This document shows positions 39,801 to 48,875 of a stretch of 64,000 nucleotides of DNA, piece after piece. A program made the translations under genes and the position numbers. A model generated the notes under the pieces. The model was not told the origin of the DNA, did not search any database, and saw only the letters and a list, made by a program, of their open reading frames with translations. The number at the start of each line of letters is the position of its first letter. Within the stretch, counting starts at the first letter, position 1. Source of the stretch: Armatimonadota bacterium (lineage in GTDB: Bacteria; Armatimonadota; UBA5829; DTLH01); the NCBI GenBank assembly GCA_038207085.1, contig JBBRAE010000002.1, forward strand, positions 96,001 to 160,000. The letters are read 5' to 3'.

Positions 39801-40263
39801 AGCCGGGTTCGGGCGATTTTGCGCCCATCTCACCCCAGGGAATCGCGAGCTCGACCGTGTAGCCGTTGTCGAGGTCCTCTGCGTTGTTGAGCGAGCCGTC
39901 GCAGATGCTCGAATACTTAAACGAGTAGATCTTCTTTGGTTTCCAGACGCCGTCGGCGGCTCCCTGGCTAAAGCATGCCCCACCCGCGGAGCTTACGGCC
40001 ATGTGGTAGGCGTGCCCGGTGCTGCCTTTGGCGTGGGCGTTGTCGGTTTCGATGAAGACCTCGACGCAGTCGTCCTCCCACGGTTTGGAGAACGGTAGGG
40101 AGTTGACCCCAGTGATGTCCGGGTCGTCGACCTGGAACGCTGCGTAGAAGTAGTTTTCGTCCCAGGTTGTGGAACAGCTCACCTTGCCATCGGCATAGGC
40201 AAAGCCTGAGGAAACCCCGAGAACGATTGAAAACAGGAGAAATAGCTTGCGCAGTTTACTCAC
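36817..40263 (-). CDS. Large secreted multidomain carbohydrate-active protein (CBM9-like, GH99/DUF5010-like barrel, Ig-like repeats)
   Basis: Signal peptide; WEDDCVEVF/YTVELAIPW; YYFYWY, VGPGYDD, GWNQFREGSEI; repeated V-x-N-x-G-x3-W Ig-like modules. Confidence 0.75.
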   Translation of the reverse strand: MSKLRKLFLLFSIVLGVSSGFAYADGKVSCSTTWDENYFYAAFQVDDPDITGVNSLPFSKPWEDDCVEVFIETDNAHAKGSTGHAYHMAVSSAGGACFSQGAADGVWKPKKIYSFKYSSICDGSLNNAEDLDNGYTVELAIPWGEMGAKSPEPGSMMSFNVLVRQKGDSNKFVSLSPNVKAEADVHDASKWVDIVFTAPVFGAATLSLDKIVSSKYITRMPLMDGQVRLKEYNKNTSFDIPLAIEALAKPKHQFQKMALTYYFYWYQGDPRKSAPFARVRESDGRLALTDQPIRGAGPWFSFDRVQWHKDELSDIRRAGIDIILPVYWGDPASRTNYSAKGLDVMVEAMRELEAAKKPFPLVGLYLDTTSIPVAIGGPANLCELPTKEALYGMIRDFFERVPEEYRAQVQMADERSGRPSYIVQLYSARPFSDLDSSFISYVNERFARDFDANIMWLGARDFNDKAPGLDGFCRYGAGLDFTYDDTAKIRIAAVGPGYDDCAVPQSVTPIRSREGGDTYRADWSKTLVKRPNWAIVDGWNQFREGSEICGSRQYGFTYIDATAMQALKFRGPRDYDAKFMRHNLPRAILPETVYSVDMTVQNDGIRTWRAAEGFALSYRWYKDGKPIGEAAVKRPLQSDILPGQSAEIAIGVVAVKENAEDLPEGDYEIRFEMVRMADDKWFSALGDDGLSVPIKIGQSAQCQARVTSVDGPVMVKSGASYTYRLKVRNDGTSPWKTNTSVIAKLLCAGKEVATAPWRTVIARDTAPGQIADLELTVNFNDPTGKPLPLSNLKAGVDYRLALTMVDGETSIPTSTRASGLYERALDIFDSDLGAHFVACDVPEAIDAGKMIDVKLAVRNNSPELWVPGVHSIGYHWYYLDGTEAVWDGAKTALKTPIRPNEPTIVAAKLTAPAYDGRYILAWDLAERDRWASTLDITRGGDLFTVEVTVQNGKLSMADLSTTFDTVASSPDRNRESGNFDGTGASFPAEFMPPDICVGKPNDLYPCGYNWTKDANRKISFRFGHKAAGDKNAVTCAGQTINVPKGKYSVVHILGAATEPDQDASFGIGYPSSVEPAKVKMSSWKSEPANGEEIALVTLQRHIATGDERGANCYLFRYAIPLDATRQISSIVLPQNAKVRVMAITLEKP

Positions 40264-40269
40264 CCCTTT

Positions 40270-40372
40270 GGAGTTAAAAGTGTAAAGTATAGTGTGATAG
40301 TAGAATGTGGAAAGTGCATTGCGCCATTACGCTGTTTTACACTTTACACTTGGCACCTTACACTGTCCACTT
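40270..40372. repeat. Heptamer-type tandem repeat arms in inverted arrangement
   Basis: AGTGTAAAGT... versus ACACTTT ACACTTG GCACCTT ACACTG. Confidence 0.6.
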
Positions 40373-40396
40373 ACTCTAGACGGATGAGGCCGGCCG

Positions 40397-41587
40397 CTAT
40401 TCCCGTCCGGCTGGTATCTCTTCGGCCTTTACGCCGAGTTTTTCGACAAAGTTTGATATTCGCTCGACCGCGATTCGGATCTTGTCGACGGCGGTGGCGT
40501 ATGAGCAGCGCACGTACCCTTCGCCGCACTGTCCAAAAGCGTTCCCCGGGACGACCGCGACCTTCTCTTCAAAGAGCAGTCGCTCGCTGAACTCTTCTGA
40601 TGTAAGCCCCGTGCGCTTGATCGACGGGAACGCGTAAAACGCGCCGCCCGGCGTGAAGCACTCAAGGCCAATTGAGTTGAACCCCGAAACGATCAGTTTT
40701 CGCCTGCGATCGTACTCCTCGACCATCTTGTCGCTGTCGCCCTCGCCGTTTTTCATCGCCTCGATTGCGGCTATCTGGGCCATAATCGGCGCGCACATCA
40801 TCGTGTACTGATGGATCTTCATCATGCTGTCGATGATCTCGGGGTTTGCGGCGGCGTAGCCGATGCGCCATCCCGTCATTGCGTAGGCCTTGGAGAACCC
40901 ATTCAAAAGAATGGTGCGCTCGTAGGCTCCGTCGAGTGTCGGCACACAGGTGTGGGCTCCGATGTAGGTCAGTCTGTCGTAAATCTCGTCGGATATAACG
41001 TAGAGGTCGTGCTTAACGGCCAGATCCATGATCTTCTGAAGCGTCTCGCGGGAGATCGTAGCCCCAGTCGGGTTTGACGGGTAGCTTAGGATCATCGCCT
41101 TGGTGCGCGGCGTGATCGCGGCTTCGATCTGTTCGGGTGTTACGGCAAAGTTGGTGTCGATCGAAGTCGTGATCGGGACCGCGACTCCGCCCGCGAACAT
41201 AACGCAGGGCTTGTAGGAGACAAAACAGGGTTCTGGGACGAGCACTTCGTCGCCGGGGTTGGTGATCGTCCGCAGCGCAAGGTCCATCGCCTCGCTTACT
41301 CCCACGGTGATCAAGACCTGGTTATCGGGGTTATAGTCAAGCCCCCAGCGCTCGGAAAGATAATCCGTGATAAGCCGCCGAAGCTCGAGCAACCCGTAGT
41401 TTGAGGTATAGTTGGTGTAGCCCTTTTCAAGCGAGTAGATGCACGCCTCGCGGATGCGCCAGGGCGTGACAAAGTCCGGCTCGCCGACGCCCAGGGACAC
41501 AACGTCCTGCATCTGCGAGACAATGTCGAAGAACTTGCGTATCCCCGACGCCGGTGTTTCTATTACTACTTGAGATAGTGGCTTCAT
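40397..41587 (-). CDS. Aminotransferase class I/II (YugH-like)
   Basis: SLGVGEPDF, NPTG, SDEIY, GFSKAYAMTGWRIGY. Confidence 0.95.
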   Translation of the reverse strand: MKPLSQVVIETPASGIRKFFDIVSQMQDVVSLGVGEPDFVTPWRIREACIYSLEKGYTNYTSNYGLLELRRLITDYLSERWGLDYNPDNQVLITVGVSEAMDLALRTITNPGDEVLVPEPCFVSYKPCVMFAGGVAVPITTSIDTNFAVTPEQIEAAITPRTKAMILSYPSNPTGATISRETLQKIMDLAVKHDLYVISDEIYDRLTYIGAHTCVPTLDGAYERTILLNGFSKAYAMTGWRIGYAAANPEIIDSMMKIHQYTMMCAPIMAQIAAIEAMKNGEGDSDKMVEEYDRRRKLIVSGFNSIGLECFTPGGAFYAFPSIKRTGLTSEEFSERLLFEEKVAVVPGNAFGQCGEGYVRCSYATAVDKIRIAVERISNFVEKLGVKAEEIPAGRE

Positions 41588-41596
41588 AATAAACTC

Positions 41597-41688
41597 AGCT
41601 ATTAGCAGTTAGCCGTTAGCTGTTAGCAACCAGATGCTACAGTCTAACAAGTCTCCTCAGCCAGCTAAAAGCTAAACGCTAATGGCTC
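41597..41688. repeat. Heptamer (TTAGCNG/GCTAANN) tandem repeat arms in inverted arrangement
   Basis: TTAGCAG TTAGCCG TTAGCTG TTAGC ... AGCTAAA AGCTAAA CGCTAAT. Confidence 0.7.
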
Positions 41689-41690
41689 TC

Positions 41691-42191
41691 TCACGGCGCA
41701 ACGGCGAGGCGCTTGTCCTCGCTTGGCTCGTCGAATATGTCGGAATCGACCTTGTAGCGCTTCAGCACAAAGTGCGACGCGGTTGAGAGCACTCTGTCGA
41801 TTGTCGAGAGCTTCTCTGAGACGAAGAAGGCGATCTCCTGCATCGTCTTGCCCGTAACTACGATTCTAAGATCATACTCCCCCGACACAAGGTACGCCGA
41901 TGAGACTTCAGGGAACCGGCAGATGCGCTCGGCGACGGCATCGAAGCCTACACCGCGCGACGGGCTCACCTTGACGTCGATAAAGGCATAGACGAGCTCT
42001 CTGCCCGCTTTGTCCCAGTTGACGACGGTCTTGTAGCGACGGATGATCCCGCTTGCCTCAAGCTCGGCGACTTCCGAGTCTACCTGCTCGACCGTCGCGC
42101 CGGTCATCTGAGCGATCTGCTCGTGGGTCGTCCGCGCGTCCTGTTCGAGAATACTCAGTATATCTTTTACAAGTTTGTCTTTGGAAATCAT
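41691..42191 (-). CDS. Lrp/AsnC family transcriptional regulator (YugG-like)
   Basis: ILEQDAR, GFDAVAERI, LVSGEYDL, TASHFVLKRYK; paired with the aminotransferase. Confidence 0.95.
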   Translation of the reverse strand: MISKDKLVKDILSILEQDARTTHEQIAQMTGATVEQVDSEVAELEASGIIRRYKTVVNWDKAGRELVYAFIDVKVSPSRGVGFDAVAERICRFPEVSSAYLVSGEYDLRIVVTGKTMQEIAFFVSEKLSTIDRVLSTASHFVLKRYKVDSDIFDEPSEDKRLAVAP

Positions 42192-42282
42192 TTGTGAAAT
42201 GATACCATTCCCCCGCTTGGAGTGTCAAATTAAACGGAGGTGCGAAGTGCATGTAGGAATTATCGGCAGCGGCCAGCCTGGC

Positions 42283-42362
42283 TTTGGAGTGCGGCTTGCG
42301 AGAGCCGCTTTCACAAATCTTCCGGCCGCCGATAATATGGCGCTTGCTCGCCGCACTCCACA
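42283..42362. repeat. REP-like inverted pair
   Basis: TTTGGAGTGCGGC ... GCCGCACTCCA. Confidence 0.55.
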
Positions 42363-42756
42363 TAATGGCCGTTTGTCGCCGACTCGGCATGCTGCACCTG
42401 GACCGAGTCGCTCACTTTGAGCTTGCTGAACCCCGCCTCCCAAACTGTTACACTTGCCCCACGGTTGTCACCTGTCAGACAAGCGCTGGTTGATTATACC
42501 GAAGTGGAAAGGCACGCAAACGAGCCCTGTGCTATTAACTAATGGCACAGGGCTCGTGTTACTTGATTGTGGCCTGCCTTGCGGCAAACTCCTTTATCGC
42601 GTTGTCCACTACGAGTCTGGGCGAAACAATTTGGGCGTTGGGTGGTAAGTTGGCAGAGGTGGAGGACGTTGATGCTGCAGCCAGTGGCATGTTCCCTCAG
42701 GCGATAGCGGTATCTTCGCTTTTGGCTTAGCGATAGGGGGTAATCGATCAATTTGT

Positions 42757-42809
42757 CGGGCGGATGGAATCCGCGGAACGGGGTCGTGGGACGGATTCCC
42801 ACGACCAAC
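42757..42809. repeat. 53-bp double-hairpin repeat, copy A
   Basis: Aligns without gaps to 54608-54660 with five differences. Confidence 0.85.
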
Positions 42810-42923
42810 AACCTCAACAGACAGCCCTCCTGCTCAGCTGGCTCGAAAGCCCTGTTTGGAGTATAATATAGGTGTAATTTGGCCGTGCGGGATGATCGTT
42901 GTTCCGCACGTTTTTCATGTCCT

Positions 42924-45083
42924 ATGGGGAGCAGCAAGATTCTAGATCAACTTAATCCAGAGCAGCGTGAGGCTGTCGAGTGTACCGAAGGGCCTGTGCT
43001 TGTCGTAGCCGGGGCCGGGTCGGGCAAGACCCGCGTTCTCACCTACCGTATCGCGCACCTGATCGAAAAAGGGGTCAACCCCGCAAATATCCTCGCCGTT
43101 ACATTCACTAACAAAGCGGCCAACTCGATGAAAGAGCGCATCGCCGCGATCATCGGGCCAGTTTCGGCCAGGCTTTGGGCGGGGACGTTTCACTCCGTCA
43201 CCTCGCGCATACTGAGAATGCACGGCGAGGAGATCGGCATCCCGAACAGCTTCACCATCTTCGACGACCACGACCAGATGTCGCTTATCGGGGAGTGCCT
43301 CGAAGCGATGGGGCTTTCGGACAAGAGCTTCCAGCCGCGCCGCGTGCTCGCGCTCATATCCAAGGCCAAAGAACAGCTCGTCACCCCCGAGCAGTTCCCC
43401 AGGCGGTTCGCGGGGCAGTTCGAAAACGTCGTCGGGCGCATCTACAAAGACTATGAGCGCAAACTCCGGGAGAACTCGGCGCTTGACTTCGACGACCTGA
43501 TCACCAAAACCGCGCTTCTCTTCCAGGCGAAGCCCGATGTATTGCGATACTGGCAGGAGAGGTTCAACTATATCCTCGTCGACGAGTATCAGGACATTAA
43601 CTTCGCCCAGTACAGCTTCATCAAGGCGCTTGCCTCGGGGCACCACAACGTCTGCTGCGTCGGTGACGACGATCAGAGCATCTACCGCTGGCGGGGAGCG
43701 GACGTGGGGCTTATCCTGCAGTTTGAGATCGACTACCCCAATGCCAAAATCTTCAAGCTGGAGCAGAACTATCGCTCCACCAAGACGATCCTTGAGGCCG
43801 CGCACGGGGTGGTGCGGCGAAACGTGTCCAGGCGCGACAAAGAACTCTGGACCGAGAACCCCCACGGCCGAACGATCGACGTGTTTGAGGCAGCAAACGA
43901 GCAGGAGGAGGCGATCCACATCGCAAACTCCATCCTGAACTCGGTCGCATCCGACGGTCGGAAGTTCTCAGACTTTGTCATCCTCTACCGCATGAACGCC
44001 CAGTCGCGTGTGTTTGAAGACGTGTTTCTTTCCTACCGTGTGCCCTACGTTTTGATCGGGTCGGTGCGGTTCTACGAGCGCAAAGAAATCAAGGACGTGC
44101 TCGCCTACCTGCGCCTTGCCGCGAACCCCAACGAATCCGTGAGCCTGCGGCGTGTGATCAACACCCCGGCGCGCGGCGTTGGGCCGGGGGCGATCGCAAA
44201 GATCGAGGAGTTCTGCGCCGAGCGCCAGATTTTGCTCTGGGACGCGCTCCAGCGGGTCGACGAGATCTCCGCCATGCAGAAAAAAGCGCTCCGGGAGATC
44301 GGCGTCTTCGTGAAATTGATCAAATTTCTGCACGCCAAGCAGTTCGAGTATTCGCTTCACAGGCTGGTCGAGGAGGCGCTCGAGCACTCCGGGTTCCTGT
44401 CGCACCTGAAGAGCGAGAAGAGCATGGACGCGGAGAACCGGCTTGAGAACGTCAAGGAGTTCTTATCCGTAGCCGAGGAGTTCGACAAACGCGCCGAGGA
44501 CCGCACGCTTCGCACTTTCCTTGAGCAGGTCGCGCTTATAAGCGACATCGACACCTACGAAGAGAGCAGCAACGCGGTCACGCTGATGACGATGCACTCG
44601 GCCAAGGGCCTTGAGTATCCGGTCGTCTTTTTGGTCGGGATGGAGGAGGGGCTTTTCCCTCACCAGCGCTCGATGGAGCAGATCGACGAGCTTGAAGAGG
44701 AGCGTCGGCTCTGTTACGTGGGAATGACCCGCGCGCGCGAGGAGCTTCATCTCTCGCACGCCCATCTCAGAACGTTTATGGGCCAGACCCAACGCCGCCT
44801 GCGTTCCCGCTTTATGAACGAGGTGCCGACCCATCTGCTGACCCGTAAGGTCCCGCCCAAGTCCGACACCAAATGGCGAACGACGATCGAACCTACTCGG
44901 CGCTCGGCATCGACTGCGGCCTCGACCTTCAGGCCGGGTGAGAAGGTGAGCCACAGCGAGTTTGGTCGGGGAATCGTGCTCAATTCCTCGGGTGTGGGCG
45001 ATGAGGAGCAGGTGACGATCGCCTTTGACGGTCAGGGTGTGAAGAAATTACTGGTAGTTTATGCAGGCCTTGAAAAGGTTTAA
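42924..45083 (+). CDS. pcrA: ATP-dependent DNA helicase PcrA/UvrD
   Basis: AGAGSGKT, VDEYQD, VGDDDQSIY, LEQNYRS, EERRLCYVGMTRA, C-terminal Tudor-like domain. Confidence 0.97.
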   Translation: MGSSKILDQLNPEQREAVECTEGPVLVVAGAGSGKTRVLTYRIAHLIEKGVNPANILAVTFTNKAANSMKERIAAIIGPVSARLWAGTFHSVTSRILRMHGEEIGIPNSFTIFDDHDQMSLIGECLEAMGLSDKSFQPRRVLALISKAKEQLVTPEQFPRRFAGQFENVVGRIYKDYERKLRENSALDFDDLITKTALLFQAKPDVLRYWQERFNYILVDEYQDINFAQYSFIKALASGHHNVCCVGDDDQSIYRWRGADVGLILQFEIDYPNAKIFKLEQNYRSTKTILEAAHGVVRRNVSRRDKELWTENPHGRTIDVFEAANEQEEAIHIANSILNSVASDGRKFSDFVILYRMNAQSRVFEDVFLSYRVPYVLIGSVRFYERKEIKDVLAYLRLAANPNESVSLRRVINTPARGVGPGAIAKIEEFCAERQILLWDALQRVDEISAMQKKALREIGVFVKLIKFLHAKQFEYSLHRLVEEALEHSGFLSHLKSEKSMDAENRLENVKEFLSVAEEFDKRAEDRTLRTFLEQVALISDIDTYEESSNAVTLMTMHSAKGLEYPVVFLVGMEEGLFPHQRSMEQIDELEEERRLCYVGMTRAREELHLSHAHLRTFMGQTQRRLRSRFMNEVPTHLLTRKVPPKSDTKWRTTIEPTRRSASTAASTFRPGEKVSHSEFGRGIVLNSSGVGDEEQVTIAFDGQGVKKLLVVYAGLEKV

Positions 45084-45221
45084 CTCAGTTCCACGTGTGG
45101 CATAATATTCATGGGCTGATTGCCCTGTAACACACTGTAGAGACCTATATGAGCAGGCAGGGCCCAAGGTCCTGCCTTACGTTGTCATGACGGGTCGGGA
45201 GCGCGTGGAAAGGACACTGAG

Positions 45222-45527
45222 ATGAACCCGGAAGAGAGAGGATCCGGCCAGGTCGGTGGATTTTCGGAGACGGACTTCAAGGTCTGCGATTTCTGTGGCG
45301 CGCTGAATCGCCTGTCCAACACCGAGTGCTTCGTGTGCGGCTGGTATGGCACTTTCCGCCGCGATCCCGACACGGTGCGAAGGGCCCTCGCGGAGTTTCA
45401 GAGCTATTACGGCGGGATCAACCAGACGCTCCTATCCGAGGAGCTTCTACCAAACGAGCAACCGCGGCCCGGGCTCCTCGCCGATATCTGGGACAAGGTA
45501 AAGCGATTCCTAAGCGGCCACCCATAA
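45222..45527 (+). CDS. Small protein with N-terminal zinc finger
   Basis: KVCDFCGALN...ECFVCGW; GAAAGG RBS; terminator at 45568-45604. Confidence 0.8.
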   Translation: MNPEERGSGQVGGFSETDFKVCDFCGALNRLSNTECFVCGWYGTFRRDPDTVRRALAEFQSYYGGINQTLLSEELLPNEQPRPGLLADIWDKVKRFLSGHP

Positions 45528-45567
45528 AACTGTGACTAACCCCCTTTCGGGGACCGATAGACAGACA

Positions 45568-45604
45568 AAGGCCCGAAGCGAGCGAATTCGCTTCGGGCCT
45601 TTTT
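45568..45604 (+). terminator. Rho-independent terminator
   Basis: AAGGCCCGAAGCGA-loop-TCGCTTCGGGCCTTTTT. Confidence 0.85.
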
Positions 45605-45683
45605 GTCGCCAAAAGACCCCGATTCGTTATGCGGAAATTGCATATACTCCATACTGTGCTATACTCTCGACTTGAGAGACACT

Positions 45684-45908
45684 ATGACCGCTACACGTGA
45701 CAGTCGCTACCAATCTTTTCTCACAAAACTGCGTGATGCGCGAATCCGAGCCGGATTGACGCAGAGCGAAGCGGCACGGCTTCTAGGACGGCCACAGTCA
45801 TTTGTCTCGCGTAGTGAGAGTGGCGAAAGGCGAGTAGACGTGGTGGAAGTTGTAGAGTTTGCGATCATCTATGGCATTACCCCTGAACAATTGCTTCCAT
45901 CGCAGTGA
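45684..45908 (+). CDS. XRE-family HTH regulator (probable R-M controller protein)
   Basis: LRDARIRAGLTQSEAARLLGRPQSFVSRSESGERR; overlaps the endonuclease start. Confidence 0.9.
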   Translation: MTATRDSRYQSFLTKLRDARIRAGLTQSEAARLLGRPQSFVSRSESGERRVDVVEVVEFAIIYGITPEQLLPSQ

Positions 45909-46876
45909 AGGAACACCGTCCAATGAACCAGCCGATAGAGAAAAACCGAACACAGAGTCGTTACGGCATAGGCGAGTGGTATGGTAGGCTCTTCACATCT
46001 TTGGATAGGAACACGCTACATTACTTTGCGTCCTGTGCTTCGCACGAGTGTTCTGATGCTCCTCCTTGCCGGTTTCGGGGAGGCGCACCTTGCTCCAAGT
46101 CTGGTGGAGTCTGCTCAATACGGCTCTACGAACGGGATCTCGGCAGTGGAGAGGTAAAGGTCGCGTCGTCCAAAGCGGGACGTTTGGTCACTACGTGCCC
46201 TTACAGGTTTCTGGAAGGGAACTCAGCCTTCAAGTGGATAGGAGAGATTGTCCTGTCACATTCGGAACCGCTTATTGCTGGTCAAGTCGGTTTTCTCAGC
46301 CCGGTACAAAAAGAGGGGTTCGATCGTTCTTCCGCCAAGGATGTCGGGCGCATCGACAATATCCTCGTAAATCCTAATGGAGATAGTCTCGCGTGGTGTG
46401 CACTAGAAATACAAGCCGTATACTTCTCGGGAAGCGGTATGGCAAAGGAATTCAAGGCTATTCTCGCACACCAGGACGACAGCTTACCATTTCCTGTTAT
46501 GAACAGGCGTCCGGATTATAGAAGCAGCGGGCCTAAACGTCTGATGCCGCAGTTGCAGACCAAGGTGCCGACGCTCAGGCGGTGGGGAAAGAAGATGGCC
46601 GTGGTTGTTGACGACAGCTTTTACGATTCACTTGATGAAATGATTCCCGTGGATCATATCTCGAACGCCGATCTGGCATGGTTTGTTCTGGATTACGTGG
46701 AGTCCGGAGAACTTGCTGTTCTTACCCCCCAAATGGTTCATATGACTACACTGGAGCGTGCCGTAGAAGGTTTGACTGCGGGACAACCTGTGAGTTTGGA
46801 TGTGTTTGAGACACGAATTCGCAAGAAGCTTGCCGGTCCGTCAACTATCTCTTTAGCCAATCAAGGTTCCGACTGA
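45905..46876 (+). CDS. NotI-family restriction endonuclease
   Basis: IGEWYG; Cys cluster CRF...CSKSGGVCS...TCPYRF; GRID...ALEIQAVYFSG; RPDYRSSGPKRLMPQL. Confidence 0.85.
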   Translation: MKEHRPMNQPIEKNRTQSRYGIGEWYGRLFTSLDRNTLHYFASCASHECSDAPPCRFRGGAPCSKSGGVCSIRLYERDLGSGEVKVASSKAGRLVTTCPYRFLEGNSAFKWIGEIVLSHSEPLIAGQVGFLSPVQKEGFDRSSAKDVGRIDNILVNPNGDSLAWCALEIQAVYFSGSGMAKEFKAILAHQDDSLPFPVMNRRPDYRSSGPKRLMPQLQTKVPTLRRWGKKMAVVVDDSFYDSLDEMIPVDHISNADLAWFVLDYVESGELAVLTPQMVHMTTLERAVEGLTAGQPVSLDVFETRIRKKLAGPSTISLANQGSD

Positions 46877-47717
46877 TCAGAAGCTCAAGTTTTCGAGAGT
46901 GGTGAGTGTTCTTCATCACAATCTCTCTGACGGAGAAACCATATTGCTGAGCAAGATAGCGGATTTCTGGAGTGTTGTCGTAAGTCATAAGAAAGTCGCC
47001 CCGTAGCGAAGAAGTGGCTTCAAATAGCGCTCGGTGGTCGATCTCGGAATGGGTGTAAAGTCTCCGTCCTGCAACTGTATAAGGTGGATCAATGAAGTAA
47101 ACACAGTCCTTACGGTTCCGATTCTCGCGTAAGTATGCAACCCCATCTCCCTGCAAGAATCTGATTCGTTCGCGGTGAGAAACTATGTCTAGTATTCTCT
47201 TCTGAAGGGTCTTTGGATACCATCGTGAGGTTAAGCCCTTACCATTTTCGCCGTTCTTCACTATTCCTGCGCCCGGCGCAAGTATTCCCCCCCTGCTGAT
47301 GCGATTTCTCACTACAGTGGCTAGCGCGTGATCATACAGAGAAACGCCTTGTCTTGATAAAATGGCTTCGACTGATTCAGGAGAAAGCTGAAGTTGAGCA
47401 ATTTCATCAGCCAGTGTCTGTCCCTGCCCGTGAATAATGGTGTGCCATACTGATGCAATATCAGAGTCTATTTCAAGTAGAGTAGCTTTCTCAACGAGAT
47501 TTTCAAAGACTGCTGTGATACTTACGATGGCTCCACCTGCGAATGGCTCTACTATTTCGTCGGGTGGCGTTAAGTAGCTCCCAAGCCACTGCCGAATTTG
47601 TGGAATCAACCACGTCTTTCCGCCAGGGTAACGAAAAGGGCTACGCATAGGTACCGTGGCTACGTTGACCACTTTAGTTTCTATATAGGGTGCCACGACG
47701 GAGATATCTAGTGCCAT
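46845..47717 (-). CDS. DNA adenine methyltransferase (Dam/D12 class)
   Basis: SPFRYPGGK, EPFAGGA, FIDPPY; convergent with and overlapping the endonuclease. Confidence 0.92.
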   Translation of the reverse strand: MALDISVVAPYIETKVVNVATVPMRSPFRYPGGKTWLIPQIRQWLGSYLTPPDEIVEPFAGGAIVSITAVFENLVEKATLLEIDSDIASVWHTIIHGQGQTLADEIAQLQLSPESVEAILSRQGVSLYDHALATVVRNRISRGGILAPGAGIVKNGENGKGLTSRWYPKTLQKRILDIVSHRERIRFLQGDGVAYLRENRNRKDCVYFIDPPYTVAGRRLYTHSEIDHRALFEATSSLRGDFLMTYDNTPEIRYLAQQYGFSVREIVMKNTHHSRKLELLISRNLDWLKR

Positions 47718-47908
47718 ATTGTCACTCCGGAACTTACTAAGACGCTTGGTTGGTTATCATTATACCACGTATATGCCGATTACAATGCAGGTGCCAAGAC
47801 CGGATTCCTCACGCCGCATACAGCACCTCGGCTTGTGCAAGCACGTCATCGCGGATGATGGGTTTCAGTCCGTGTGAATACATCTCTATGATAGCATGAA
47901 TCCCGCAA

Positions 47909-48751
47909 TCATTCCCGAAGCCCCTTCAATCTCTCAAGATTCTCAAAATCATACCCCTGTTCGGACTCTGGAGTCTCAAGTATGCCGCCGATGTCGGCGA
48001 GGCCGGGGTAGTTGACGATTGCGCGGAAGCCGTCCAAGCCAATGTTGCCGAGGCCTAAGTGCCAGTGGCGGTCGGCTTTGGAATCCAGGGGCTTTTGGGT
48101 GTCGTTCAGGTGAAAGACTTTCAGGCGTGAAAGACCAATCAGGCGGTCGACCTGGGACAGGAGCCGCTCGACGCCCTCGGGGGTCGAAATATCGTAACCC
48201 GCGCCCCAGAGGTGGGCGGTGTCAAGGCAGATTCCCACGCGCTCGGGGTTTGTTGTGATACGGTCGAGGATCGCCGCCAGCTGCTCGACGGTCGAGCCGA
48301 TGGTGTTCCCTGCGCCTGAGCCCGCTTCAAGAAGGACCATCGCGCGCGAGTCGCTTGCGTCAAGCGCGTACCCGACGGCGTCGCGGACCCGGTCGGCCCC
48401 GGCGTCAAAGCCCGAGCCGCTGTGGCTTCCGATGTGGGTGACGATGTAATCGCCGCCAAGCGCCTTCGCCCGGTCAAGCGCATTTGCAAGCGCTGTGCGG
48501 CTCAGGCGCCAGGTGTCGTCCTTGGGGCTTGCGAGGTTCAACAGATATGGGGTGTGCAAGACGACCGGCGACAGCCCGAGGCGCGTGACGCCGGAGCGGA
48601 ATATATCCACCGTCTTGGGGTCGAGCACCGACACCTGCCAGGAGTTCGGATTGCTCGAAAATATTTGCAGCGCCTCGCAGCCGATACCCTCAGCCGTGGA
48701 AATAGCCGAAGCAAGCCCTTTTGCGATTTTTGTATGAACACCAACACGCAT
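47909..48751 (-). CDS. nfo: Endonuclease IV
   Basis: HTPYLLNLAS, CLDTAHLW, HLNDT, DRHWHLGLG, ILETP. Confidence 0.96.
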   Translation of the reverse strand: MRVGVHTKIAKGLASAISTAEGIGCEALQIFSSNPNSWQVSVLDPKTVDIFRSGVTRLGLSPVVLHTPYLLNLASPKDDTWRLSRTALANALDRAKALGGDYIVTHIGSHSGSGFDAGADRVRDAVGYALDASDSRAMVLLEAGSGAGNTIGSTVEQLAAILDRITTNPERVGICLDTAHLWGAGYDISTPEGVERLLSQVDRLIGLSRLKVFHLNDTQKPLDSKADRHWHLGLGNIGLDGFRAIVNYPGLADIGGILETPESEQGYDFENLERLKGLRE

Positions 48752-48759
48752 ATCTTTAT

Positions 48760-48865
48760 TGGGGGATGGGGGTTAGGGGTTGGGTTGGCGCATCTTGATA
48801 GGTTGTACCACTTGGTGAGAGATGGGTTTCGCCAGGCCAACCCCCAACCCCTATCCCCTAACCTC
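48760..48865. repeat. Heptamer (GGGGNTN) tandem repeat arms in inverted arrangement
   Basis: GGGGATG GGGGTTA GGGGTTG ... CAACCCC CAACCCC TATCCCC TAACCTC. Confidence 0.75.
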
Positions 48866-48875
48866 CATAACAGAG

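Noticed and set aside
42420..42750. Short ORFs and a 16-bp-stem hairpin (about 42519-42558) between the Lrp gene and pcrA
   Set aside because: No credible RBS or protein motif; the hairpin alone cannot be assigned to a gene or ncRNA.
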